Shown in pieces: positions 15,217-27,500 of a stretch of 38,608 nt of DNA. The notes beneath the pieces are model-generated. The model was not told the DNA's origin. It ran no database searches and saw nothing but the letters and a program-made list of their open reading frames with translations. The stretch spans positions 1 to 38,608 of the forward strand of contig ADNK01000968.1 of the NCBI GenBank assembly GCA_000320545.1, read 5' to 3'. This DNA comes from Bigelowiella natans CCMP2755 (taxonomy: Eukaryota; Protista; Cercozoa). The translations under genes and the position numbers were made by a program. Within the stretch, counting starts at the first letter, position 1; each line of letters opens with the position of its first letter.

Positions 15217-17487
15217 TTACTTGTGGTGAGCTCGATGAATAGATGTTGGAGCTCCTGTTGGGGGCTGCGAAAGATGTCCGACAACAGGATTGCCCTTCGT
15301 CAGAGCAATCAGAGCCAAAATGGCGGCAATCGAGATGAAAGAGAAACTATAGTCCATCCAAAAGTATCCGGGTTTGGCGTTGATGTTCACGTGGCGTTTC
15401 TGGTGGAACATGGACAGGTAACGTGGTTCCAAGTAAACAGATTTTACCTGTGTAATCTCGCCCGCAGAAGCCTCTTCCAGGGTTTGCACTACATCGTATG
15501 TCCCGATAAGCTGACCTTTGTAGTAGAGCTGCAGGCCTTCTGGGTCAAGTTTTTCCTTGTCAGCGATCTCACGGATAGTGCCCCTCACCGTGTTGGAGCC
15601 TGTTACTTGGACGTTACTCGAAATATCGTCACCCAGAAAAGCTGAGATGGTTGAGTTGGGGGTGTCAAAAAGGAAATAGTCGAGCCAAGAGGGCTCGAAC
15701 ACGAGGTTCCAGCACTTGCGACACCAGTACGACGACAGAAGTAAGTTCACAAATGGGATGGATATGATGATTACGGCCCAAAGAACAAGGTTAGTTGCTG
15801 GCACGATTCCATGGCCAGTGAAGAACCGCAGCGTGTTGCGTTCCAGGGCGAAGAAGAATACCTGCAGCAGGTAAGGGTAGATCGTATATCCGCCACTTTC
15901 GGTGTAGAAGCGGCGGTCATGGGGAATCATGAGGATAAATGCCAGGCCCATCACCCACACCATGGCTTGATAGACGACGCGATGGCACCATACGATCCAG
16001 TAGTTCTTGACTTGACTCGGTTCAGTCGTCGTGAAATAGTGACAGCGCTGCCAACCTTTAATGTAGCCGCTGTAGGTAAATATCGTCATGGCCTCTCTTT
16101 GGCCCTCAAACGTGCGGATCCCGTAGGTGGAAGTCTCCTCCGAGTCAAATGTAGCAAAGGAGAAAAGCATCATCCCCAAAAAAAAGATGGCAGAGAGAAC
16201 CATCGCGGCACGCTGGATCCAGACTTTGCGCACCATGTTGACATGCTCTCCTGTAACCATATGTCCGGCAAGGTAAAACGGTAGGAATGATAGAAACTCG
16301 GCGATATGGAAAGTCGGTGTTGCCGTGAAAAAGTAACCCGAGAACCAGGAGAGAAGTAGAGCGACCGCCATACGACCTTTAGGAGTCATCGTCGCAAAAA
16401 ATGTAACAGTCATCCGCCATTGGATAACACAGGCAAGGAACCATGATGTGTCGTATGCGCTCATAAAACTGGGAAAATTGTCTAGCCAGTTCGACCACCC
16501 CTTGTCGACTCCACGATTGATGAAGTTTATTAATACAAAAGGGATCCACACGCGGAAAAGATAGCGTTTAGCCCTTCGCGCATTCATTTCGCCCTTAGAC
16601 AGGAAGCCAGAGCAGAAGACGAACATTGCCATGAAGAAGGTCTCGAAGTAGTTTGAGATGCCCTCCATCCACCAGCTCGTATCACGTGTAAATCCCCCAG
16701 GGGGGAAGAACTCAAGTGTGTGTTTCAAAATTACTGCAGTTTCCAGCCACCTAAATTGGGCATCATCACCACCAATTCATATAATTTTTTCATCAACTCT
16801 TTTCAGTATTTCTGACTGGAATTTACCATCGGCAGTTGTCAAAATAGTGGATTCGCGCCTTCCGTTTTTTCTTCGTCGTCGTTGTGGTAGCCATTTTACT
16901 TTCACCATCCTTGGATTTAACGGAAATGTTCGTTTGTGCTGCAGCGTAGGCCTCGAGCCCACCCTTTCGCTCCTCCGTATCTTGTTTCTGTAATGTAGAG
17001 TACTGACGGTCAATTATACAAATCACAGGTTATAACAATATCGGGGGGGAAACCTTATCGTTAAATGTTCCATATCTGAGAAGAAACATAGAATTCGTCA
17101 ATGTCTGGGGAGGCAGTTAAAAAGGACACGTCTCTAGCGTCTCTAGAATATAGCGGTTGAAGATATACCTGTCCAGTTGAAGAGTTTTGGCACGATCTAT
17201 GGATGGAGCCCTTTCCATTGAGAGGCTGCCGTAGATGGACTAAAGTTGGTAGGAAATGAAAATATTAATATTTCTCGAGTTTCTGACTTCACCTCCTTAT
17301 AGCTTACCATGCCCCCATTTTTCTTTCCTGTTCCCCCTGCCCAACTTGATAACCAGAGGTTCCACTTTCTATTGTTCTGGAGCAAGTAGAGTACGAAACT
17401 GATGGCGAAGAGGAAAATAGTAGTGACAAATGCAGCCTCATCGCTAAATATCAAATAGCGAGTTGCTGGACAGTCGTGTCCCCCCAT
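15217..17487 (-). CDS. Acyltransferase-3 (NolL/OafA-like) polytopic membrane O-acyltransferase with an N-terminal TM extension and a C-terminal ubiquitin-like domain
   Basis: Four short 5' exons (probable ATG 17487, MGGHDCP) splice onto a long last exon. RIHYFDNCRWWLETAVILKH, FFMAMFVFCSGFLSK, WFLACV, LPFYLAG and GYTIYPYLLQ match AT3 motifs. Many hydrophobic helices. Start codon is uncertain. Confidence 0.85.
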
Positions 17488-17982
17488 CCTGAATGTGTTT
17501 GGTCTGAGCACGTGGGCCTTTCTTGGGATTCCCTAATATTCAAACTAAGAGATCATTCCAATTTTCCATATATTTTGTAAATAGATGTCGTTAAACTTCT
17601 GCGACTAATTAATTATCATCATATATGATTTTAACAAAATGACATCTTCTTTTCCCGTGCTTTTTTCTCTTGGGTTGTATGCTGAAGGAAAAAGCATACC
17701 CATCAAAGCTCGTGGTTTTCCTGCGACAAGCCGGGCCTGCTTGCCTGAAGCTTCAAAAAGTTAAAAAAGCGGCGTGCCCTCTTGATTCGAGACTATCCAG
17801 AGAGTCTCTGTAGGATTTGCCAGGGAAAATCTGGCAGTTTCACTGAATGTTTTTCCGAAGTGGTGTGTAAGGAGATTTCAAGACTGCGTCAACATAATAT
17901 TTATGTCGTTATGCGCTTAAAAACGATTTCATCAGTTTCACCACATTATCTGCATCGCGACCGCGACTCCAACTGGAGGGGG
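17488..17982. promoter_or_regulatory. Putative bidirectional promoter (AT3 gene / CFAP91)
   Basis: About 0.5 kb between divergent probable start codons; positional inference only. Confidence 0.4.
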
Positions 17983-19017
17983 ATGAGTGCCCACCCCCAG
18001 ATCGTTTCTCGTGGTGAAGCCCCCCGCGGGAGCTTAAGCCGCAATGTGACACAGGTCACAAGGAAATATGACAACATCTACGATCCTGTGTTCTATAGCT
18101 CCAGTGGGGCTACAGCACACATTAAGCGGTACAACGCTGCAATGGCTGTACAACGGGTGGCGAACTACGAAAACATGTTCTCTGATGTTCGTCCTGCTCA
18201 CGGTTACGCATTCAAGACTCCTAAGCACGTGCCTGATTCCCCCCTTCCTCCTTCTGGGACTCATAAGTCTCTTGATATAACTGCCCATCAATCGCCCCAG
18301 GGCAGGGATCTTGCGAAGTTTATCAAACGTCCAAATGTGCCATATGTCCACCACGCACAAACATCAGCGATGATGGCAGCCCAAACCATTCGAAATAACC
18401 AAACAGTATCGAAGAAGAGAATACCTTCTAAAATAATCGAAGTGAGCACCCCGAGAGTGAAGACTGTTGGCGTTCAGACGCTCTATCGAGACTCTGAAAC
18501 CCAAACCGATCCATACACACCAGACTATATTTTACCGGAGGGGGAGGAGCCTGAAGTACTTTCCATCTCACAATTTTCGCATGCCAATGGTATGCTGCCT
18601 GTATCAATGCACGAGGTTAACATCATCAAGAGGATGCGCGAGAAACAGGACTATCTTGAAAACCTTCCCGAAATCACTGATGAAAAGAGCATGGAATTGA
18701 GGAAAAGAATGTTAGCCGCTCAGGAAAAAAAGGAATGGAAATATCGTGAAGATCAAATGAAAGAAGAACAGGTTTCCATTTTAATATGGGAAGTGGCCGG
18801 TCTTGTTATAATGACTAATTATTTTTCAGAATGCAAAATTGCAACAGCTTATGGATAAACTACGCGCGCGAGATGACGCAGCTCAAGCTTATCTTAATCG
18901 CCGACTCGAGAAGCTCAAGCAAGCAAAACTCGGGGCTAGGAACGATTCACTCGCCTCGTTTCATCGAAAGGTCGGTGCTCGTTTATCTAAATAGTTAAGC
19001 ACATTTTCTGACATATG

Positions 19018-19055
<38 letters not shown>

Positions 19056-20289
19056 TTGAATTCACAGAGAGTTAAAGGATTCCGTCAAATCGGAAAAGAG
19101 GCGAAGTCTAAGCCAAAAAAGACAAAAAGAGACTTCATCAGTGAATATGCAGACTTTGAAAGCCAGGTCTACGTTCCGATTACCAGGATCGGTAGAATGC
19201 CAGCTAAGAATCAAGTTGTGGACTATGGAATACCACTAATTCAAGACTTCCAAGGACTCAGCGCATTAGAGCAAAGTGTTTCCGGGAAGATTAAGGTACC
19301 TAGATGTGTATCTTCCAAAGATAAAATATAGATTTAAACACCTTTTGTATGCGAATAACAGCCCAAGAACTTAAAACCAGCTGATGAAATTCTGAAGCGA
19401 CGAGATAAGATTACAAAGGGTCATCTGGATCACGTAGATCAAATTGTCAATGGAAAAGATAGCGGTGTATCAGGCCAGAGTATCGAAAATATGTACAAGA
19501 ATATCCAACCAAATGTGAGACCGAGCACTCCTGAGGTATTCTTTCTTTTTCGCAATTTTTATTGAGTAGATGGATTCATTTCCTTTCGTAACTCGCAGAT
19601 CGCAGCAGAGGAGGACTCTGGTATATACGAGGCAGCCGTGCTGCTCCAAAAACTTATTCGCGGTCGTGCGGTGCAGAATGAAATGTACGAACAGAAAGCT
19701 AGATGCTTGCCGCTTATAAAAGAGCTCCAAATTGACGAGAAAGATGCACCTGGAAGCGAAGGAAGTGGCGATATCACAAATGTGGACATTCTCAGCTCTG
19801 GAACTGACCTGTTGTCTGGGATGTTCATAGCACAAACACTCTCAAACGTCGGTGGATATGCGGAAGAGTTGGCCGAGTATGAAAGGAAGCAAGCCTTGCT
19901 GAAAAAGGAAAGGAAAAGGAAGAAAGAGGAGAGAGCCCGACAGAAAGCTCTGGAGGCAAAAAAGAGATTACAAGAAGAGGAAGAAAGAAAGCAGAAGGCT
20001 GCCGAAAGATTATCCCAGGTGTGAATGAACTTTTAATCCTTGCTGACTTTGTTTCTTAAGTTTTACTATGTGTACTCAGATTCCATCGGAAGTCAGTGAG
20101 CCCTCGAAAAACGTTCTTACTTTTGCGAAGAATGTTGCTGTCGTGGAGAAAGCAATTGATGATGGAAGTATTTCAAAAGAGGCTGATGAAGATAAGGACC
20201 GGGAGATAGTCACAAAGTTAGTGAATGAGCACATTCTTCCCGAAGTGATAAAACAAAGGAAGAACGACCTCGCCGTGAATGCTGACTGA
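17983..20289 (+). CDS. CFAP91: Cilia- and flagella-associated protein 91 (MAATS1-like), 6 exons
   Basis: VGVQTLYRDSETQTDPYTPDY...PEVL, EWKYREDQM, RDFISEYADFESQVYVPITRIG and IQ-like AAVLLQKLIRGRAVQNEMYE. Five phase-0 GT-AG introns join in frame. Confidence 0.92.
19018..19055. repeat. Compound (AC)n(AT)n microsatellite in a CFAP91 intron
   Basis: Direct reading. Confidence 0.9.
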
Positions 20290-21560
20290 TCTTACACTTG
20301 ATTCTCATCGTTAAATTCTGCTGATTGAGCATCGCAAATGCTGTCACGAAGGCGAATCGAACATGACTGCTGTCAAATCTACTTGCAAAGCATGCAATGT
20401 CGGTAGCAATGATGGTGGCAGGCAGTGTCAAGCAGTGCACAGCAACATCCGCATGGTTGCAGGCAGCAGGGGCACTTGCTAGCTCAGCCACCAAGCTGCA
20501 GCTGTGTCGATCTCACAACTCGGTCACACCCAGCAACACTTGGCTGCAGCGCAAACAAATGAGGCGAGTTGTGTGCGCGGGCAGGTGCCCGCGCACGCGC
20601 AGGTGCGATGCGTGTGCAGAGCCACACGTGCTGCAGCTAGACTTCAAAACACGGTCAACAAAGTGCAAATTGGGATCAATGTGTTTCGGTCAAAAACAAT
20701 TGCTAGAATTGGTCAAAAACCATGATGCGTGCATCGCATCGCAGAAGAACTGTCGTGCATGCAAGCACGCCAGCATGCGATGCGATTTTCGCACTCGCCT
20801 GAGGATCGAAAAAATTGAAGCTGGAGTGTCTAGCACAACAGATGCAGGTGCAGTTCCCTGAGCATCTTTCCTCTCCTCAGGCAAGCAATCGCACAATTTG
20901 AACAATGGATGCCCCACAAAAGGCCAAAAATCAAACTGTCTGTCTGTCACAAATGGAACAATTGCAACAAAACGTGCGCTGCGCACGTGACTAATTTTCA
21001 ATTGTTCCCACCAGAAATTCAAAAAAGCGAATGGTCTTGTGGGCTTCTTCGGTGTAAAAACATGGCTGGGAAGTCAAGGATGCGGATAGAATGACTAATT
21101 AACTGTGAACCATCAATGAACAACGAAATCGCATTCTCTGTGCACCGCCGACTTTCAATCGCCTCTCCAATCGAGCGGCCGACGATAGACGCACGCCTAG
21201 ATCTGCGACACAGTGAATTTGCAGATCCGAAATTTTACGTATCTAATAATAGATCTAGATCTACTTACAGTAACAAAAACTGTCGGACTTTTAGGTCGTA
21301 ATGGACCAAAATAGATCTAGGTCCAAAAAGGAACACAATATTATCTAGATCTATCTGTAACGTAAGAGCGCGTGCCGTAGTTCCGAAAAGAGTGATGTTC
21401 GATCTCGTAGATGGATCTGGATACAGACCTATGTTTTAGTCCTAATTCATCTACATGATGCATGACGCAGCTTGGAAATCAACTGGATTCTCCGTGTTTC
21501 CGGTTGTCCAAGAGACGGACCGAGCCACACGCACGCAGGCTGCCCCCAACGAGAGAGGCA

Positions 21561-24500
21561 ATGCTTCTGCTCCTTTTCTTTCTCGCACGAGTCGAAGTTG
21601 TTATAGGCAGTAGCTTGCCCCAGGTCTTTGTAGCCCCAATATTATTCTAGGAAAGTAAAGGATACGAATTACTGAATCAATTTTGTGTTTTTTTTAAGGG
21701 GGTGACCCTCTGGCTGAAGGCTGAGGATTTAGATGGATCCAACGGCTCAAGTGTTACCTACTGGGGGGATGCATCAGGACATGGCAGAGGGCTTAATTCC
21801 ACACAGAACAAACAGCCGATGTTACTCCGAAATTACATCAATGGGCGCAACACAGTCTATTTTGTCGGTGGAACTTTTCTTCAAGGGGTAGAGTTTCTAG
21901 ACAATCCCCCTTACTCGCCTTTGTTCTCAAATTCAGGAGCTACAATAATTACCGTTATACATGATATACAAGACATCACATCAAGGCGTTATTTTGGAGG
22001 CCAGGGCACTTGGCGAGGCAGAGGACTTGAACTGACCGATGTCAGATCAACTGTTAAACTCGACGGTTACAGCGGCAAATTATACGGAGGATCTGTAATA
22101 ACTTGGGCTCACAATAATTCTCAATCTCAGCCAACTGAGTTTGTTGTTGCAATGAGGGTATCTTTGGACAATCGCACGAATGATATGTTCTTCTGTGGGT
22201 CGAAGGTTGCATCGGGAATCTCTATAACAGGCTTAAACAAAACCAAGATTGGTCCTAATCCTTTCACTGTTGGAGCCTCAGCAAAGGTTAATGGGCGAGA
22301 TTCAAATAATAGATACTTGAACGCGATGGTTCCCGAAGTTATTGTATATAACCGCTCACTTGACGACTCAGAGATGGCTACCGTTAATTCCTACCTCAAA
22401 ACGAAGTATTCGGTCTGTCTCACGTCGTCACCATCAGTTTCGCCGACTGCGTCTCCCATCAGTGCGCCTTCCAATGCACCCAGTATAAGCCCAAATACCA
22501 TCTCTCCCTCGTCTTCGCTTTCACCAACATCAAGCCTTCCCCAGGTCTTTCCATCACACGTTGATCCCTGAAGGAGTACAGGATACGAAAAACTAAATCA
22601 TTTTTTGTGTCTGTGTAAATAGGGAATGTCCCTCTGGCTAAAGGCCGATGATTTAGATGGATCCAACGGCTCAAGTGTGACCTACTGGGGGGATGCATCA
22701 GGATATGGCAGGAGGCTTAATGCCTCCTTAAAAAAGCCAATCTTACTCCGAAATGTCATCAACGGGCACAACACAATTCATTTCCCCAATGGCACACTTC
22801 TCCAGGGGTTAGAGTTTAAAGACAATCCCCCTTACTCACCTTTCTATTCAAGTTCAGGAGCTACAATGATTGCCGTGGTGCATAATGTCCAAAGCAATGG
22901 AGTGAGGGCATGGTTTGGAGGCGAAGGCACCTGGAATTCAAAAGGAGTTGAAATAAATGACATTAGATCCTATTATAGGATGAACCTATATAGCGGAGTA
23001 GGTTATGGAGGAAGTAACCTAGCTTGGAGTACTAATGGCACTGTATGGGAAGCGTTTATATTTGCAGTCAGGATATCTTTGAACAGCCGCATGCAAGATC
23101 TTTTTTTCTGTGGGTCCAAGGTTTCCTCGGGAACCTCGTTGTCAGCTTTGAACCGAACTACGTTTGGGCCGAATTACTTCACTATTGGAGGTAGAGCATC
23201 ATCAACTACAAATGCGTTTAGAACGCATTACCTGAAGTCGTCGGTGCCAGAAGTTATCATGTACAACCGCTCACTTGACGACTCCGAGATGGCTACCGTT
23301 CATTCCTACCTCAAAACGAAGTATTCAGTCTGTCTCACGTCGTCACCATCAGTTTCGCCGACTGCGTCTCCCACCAGTGCGCCTTCCAATGCACCCAGTT
23401 TCGGTCCGAGCGTATCTCCTTCTTCTTCACCCTCGATTGCGCCGACTGAGTCTCCCACCATTGCGCCTTCCAATGCACCCAGTTTTTCCCTGAAGGAGTA
23501 CAGGATACGAAAAACTAAATCATTTTTTGTGTCTGTGTAAATAGGGAATGTCCCTCTGGCTAAAGGCCGATGATTTAGATGGATCCAACGGCTCAAGTGT
23601 GACCTACTGGGGGGATGCATCAGGATATGGCAGGAGGCTTAATGCCTCCTTAAAAAAGCCAATCTTACTCCGAAATGTCATCAACGGGCACAACACAATT
23701 CATTTCCCCAATGGCACACTTCTCCAGGGGTTAGAGTTTAAAGACAATCCCCCTTACTCACCTTTCTATTCAAGTTCAGGAGCTACAATGATTGCCGTGG
23801 TGCATAATGTCCAAAGCAATGGAGTGAGGGCATGGTTTGGAGGCGAAGGCACCTGGAATTCAAAAGGAGTTGAAATAAATGACATTAGATCCTATTATAG
23901 GATGAACCTATATAGCGGAGTAGGTTATGGAGGAAGTAACCTAGCTTGGAGTACTAATGGCACTGTATGGGAAGCGTTTATATTTGCAGTCAGGATATCT
24001 TTGAACAGCCGCATGCAAGATCTTTTTTTCTGTGGGTCCAAGGTTTCCTCGGGAACCTCGTTGTCAGCTTTGAACCGAACTACGTTTGGGCCGAATTACT
24101 TCACTATTGGAGGTAGAGCATCATCAACTACAAATGCGTTTAGAACGCATTACCTGAAGTCGTCGGTGCCAGAAGTTATCATGTACAACCGCTCACTTGA
24201 CGACTCCGAGATGGCTACCGTTCATTCCTACCTCAAAACGAAGTATTCAGTCTGTCTCACGTCGTCACCATCAGTTTCGCCGACTGCGTCTCCCACCAGT
24301 GCGCCTTCCAATGCACCCAGTTTCGGTCCGAGCGTATCTCCTTCTTCTTCACCCTCGATTGCGCCGACTGAGTCTCCCACCATTGCGCCTTCCAATGCAC
24401 CCAGTTTTTGTCCGAGTATCTCTCCTTCGTCCTCACCGACGTCATCCCCTACATCTTCACCTTCATCCGCACCTTCATCTAAACCTACAATTTCGCCATC

Positions 24501-27500
24501 TATTGCCCCCACCGATACACCAACTTCAGGCCCTTCTGCGTCTCCAACGAAAGAACCCACTCTCTGCCCATCTTGTGCACCTTCTAATTCACCCAGTAAT
24601 AGTCCGAGTAACGCTCCGACGACTTCACCGCTAAGTCATACGCCAACTATAAGCCCTTCTGTTTCCCCCACAAAGGCGCCATCATCAGGCCCTTCTGCCC
24701 CTCCAACGAATATTCCCTCCCTCTCACCATCTTGTGAGCCTTCTGTGACGCCAAGCTCTTCTCCAAGCTTGTCTCCGAACACCGATTCTCCAATCACTTT
24801 CGCCCCAATTACTTATTCCGAGTCTCCTTCAACTGCACCCAGTGTCAGTCCGAGCGTCTCGCCTACAAAACTGCCTAGCGGCAGCCCCTCGAATACTCCC
24901 ACGTCCGCGCCGACATCTGAGCCTTCTATTTCTCCAACGAAGACACCCTCTTTCTCGCCGTCCTCCGCGCCCTCTATGACACCAAGCTGCTTCCCCAGCA
25001 TGTCTCCAGTGAGCAGTTCTCCAAGCACTTTCGCGCCGAGCTCTGCGTCCCCGCTGACGAATAGTCCCCTCACCCTCACCCCGTCAACCATGTCGCCGTC
25101 TTCAAACGCCCCGAGCCCGACCACTCCGGTAATGGAAAACTCAAAAGAGAGAGGAGAGAAATAGCGGTGTAGTACCATGCTGCTAGCACATGTCACAGCC
25201 CGACCTTGCTGACGCGAAATAATTATTTTGTTTCTAATTTATGTCAAAAGGTTGCATATTCAGCTAGATTCTCGAACACGTTGGCGGCTATAACTATGGT
25301 ATTCTCTTCGAATACAAACCAGCCCCCATGCAGTTCCTTGTTTAAGCCAGCAACTCTGTCCCTCCTCGGAAAGGGCTACCGCTGCCAGTGGAGATCCCAG
25401 AAACAGCTCGATCTTTACCTTGGTGAAGCTCCAATGATTTCGCCCAACCAGCATCTGAACGTGGTTGGTGGGGTGCTGAGTGACCCAACATCCAGCCAAT
25501 TTTCTGGCGCGCACTCCGTCGTAGTCTCACAACCGTTGAGCCCGCCTCTACTGACTGCATTCATCGAAGGACCCCAGAGTGTTGGCATTTGTGGCGATGT
25601 GAGAATCGCAGTAGCCTCGCTCACAGGGTCAGCAGGTCGGCAGGTTTCCTTTCAATGGAGCTACACAACGTCAGGTTTTAATGCGAACAAACCAGGTCCT
25701 TTTCCTAGATAATTCTCTTAGATAATCCATTTGAGTAGAATAAAATACTGACCACACGGCATGCTTTGAATTTGACCATATATCCAGCCGTCGATGCCTA
25801 CCTGTCTAGCCAGTCAGCCTTGGGAAATAGTTTCATCACCTTGAACGCGCTAAACTTTTCCTCTGGGGATCACAATATATCCGTTATTGCTACAAACTTC
25901 TTGGGCCAGTCTATTGCATTGTCACACAGTTTTACGAAGGACTCCGCGGCGCTGCTCCCAACGGTCCAGATGCCTACGCAGCTACTCGCCCAGGTGTTTG
26001 CAGACAAAGATTGGATCTTGCGACCTGTTGTCGAAGCCCCAAGCTGTTCAAACGGAGCGTCAGCAGCAACCAACACCAAAACCATTGCTCAGTGGTCCTG
26101 GCTGCAGCCTGGTGATCAGAGGGTCTCATCTAGCGCAAAGGAATACGCAACGAAGATTGTCTCGCCTCCCGATTCGCTCGTTTCAGCAGGATTGCCCCAG
26201 GTGTGGGAGTTAATTTATTGCTATTGTGTCGTAATTATTCATACGCTAACTTGCTTCCCTATCGATCTCTCAACTTATCTCATATATAGGGAATAAAGCT
26301 GATAATTCGTAAAGGAGCTCTTAGCTTCGGCAGCATGTACGGGCTGAATCTTCATGTGGCAACATTTGACCCCAGTGGCAATATTCTAGGTGATTTGAAC
26401 ATCACTCAGGTAAATCTCCCTAATCTCCCTAATCTGCCTTCCACTTGTCTGAATTTCAGTTGTTGTGTGTGCCAATGTGCGTGTCCGCAGAAGATGAGGA
26501 ATTGTATGACACATTAGATTATCGCTGTGACTTCCAGCGCCCCTTTATCCATTGCCATCGAAGGGGGATCGCTGCAACAATATCCTGTCTTAAGCTCAAG
26601 TGCATATGTCATCTCCATCACGGCAACTCCGAAAAACGACCCAGTAAACACGTCTCATCCTCTTCGATACACATGGGGGCTACGGAAGTCAGGCACAACA
26701 GTGGCGCCGCCCCTGATATCACTTTCATCGACAGGAACCAACACAATAAACATCAACACTTCCATCCTTCAAGGGGATGCAACATATGAGCTGATAGCAA
26801 ATGCCACAGGAGTCTCAAGCAGTCTTACTGACTCTGAGCCTCGGGTAGCCTCTGCTTCTCATCAATTTCAGACGGTTTCCACGGCCATCCCTATCGTCTC
26901 ATCTTCCCTCGCAACACACGACGTCGCCATTGTGAATGGGGCCTACAAAGTAAAACCAAACGCGCGAGTAGTTCTCAATGCGACAGTCACGGAGATTGAC
27001 ACAACGCCTCAGTCGAACTCTGTTAGTTACTCCTGGGCGTGGGTATGCACAAAGGGTGGCCTCGATCTTACAACACCAGGCGTTCTTTTGTCCGCAATAA
27101 ACAAGCCGACCATAGCATTAGCAGCGGAGTCCCTCGTTGCTGGACAATCTTACACCTTTCGTGTCAGCGCGACTAAAACAAATTCATTGCTTGGGCTGAC
27201 AGGGTCTTCTGAGGTGAGTTTCATCGTCAACACTCCTCCATCACTCGGATCATGTGGTGTGTCCCCATCCTCTGGTGTTGCACTCGTAGACATGTTCGTC
27301 ATGACTTGTGCTTTGTGGGAAGATGAAGACCTCCCACTGAGATACAAATTCCAGTATAAATTGAATACTCAAGCGTTCCAGGATTTGTGCTCCGTTCAAT
27401 CTGTCTCGAGCTACTCCACACTTCTACCTCTCCCGCCAAGCGGACAAGATATTCTACAGATACAGGCGATCATTTCCGACACGTTCGGAGCAGAAGCCGC

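Noticed and set aside
17782-17982. N-terminal extension of the CFAP91 ORF from a TTG start (likewise the GTG start at 1357)
   Set aside because: Alternative starts are artefacts of the ORF caller for a eukaryotic gene. Downstream ATGs (17983, 1396) are preferred, although an in-frame ATG at 17911 cannot be excluded.
22565-24409. The 922-bp direct repeat as LTRs or a CRISPR-like array
   Set aside because: The copies are adjacent, protein-coding, and lack any internal element or spacers.
24228-25196. Antisense Gly/Glu/Asp-rich ORFs
   Set aside because: Reverse complement of the Pro/Ser/Thr stalk.
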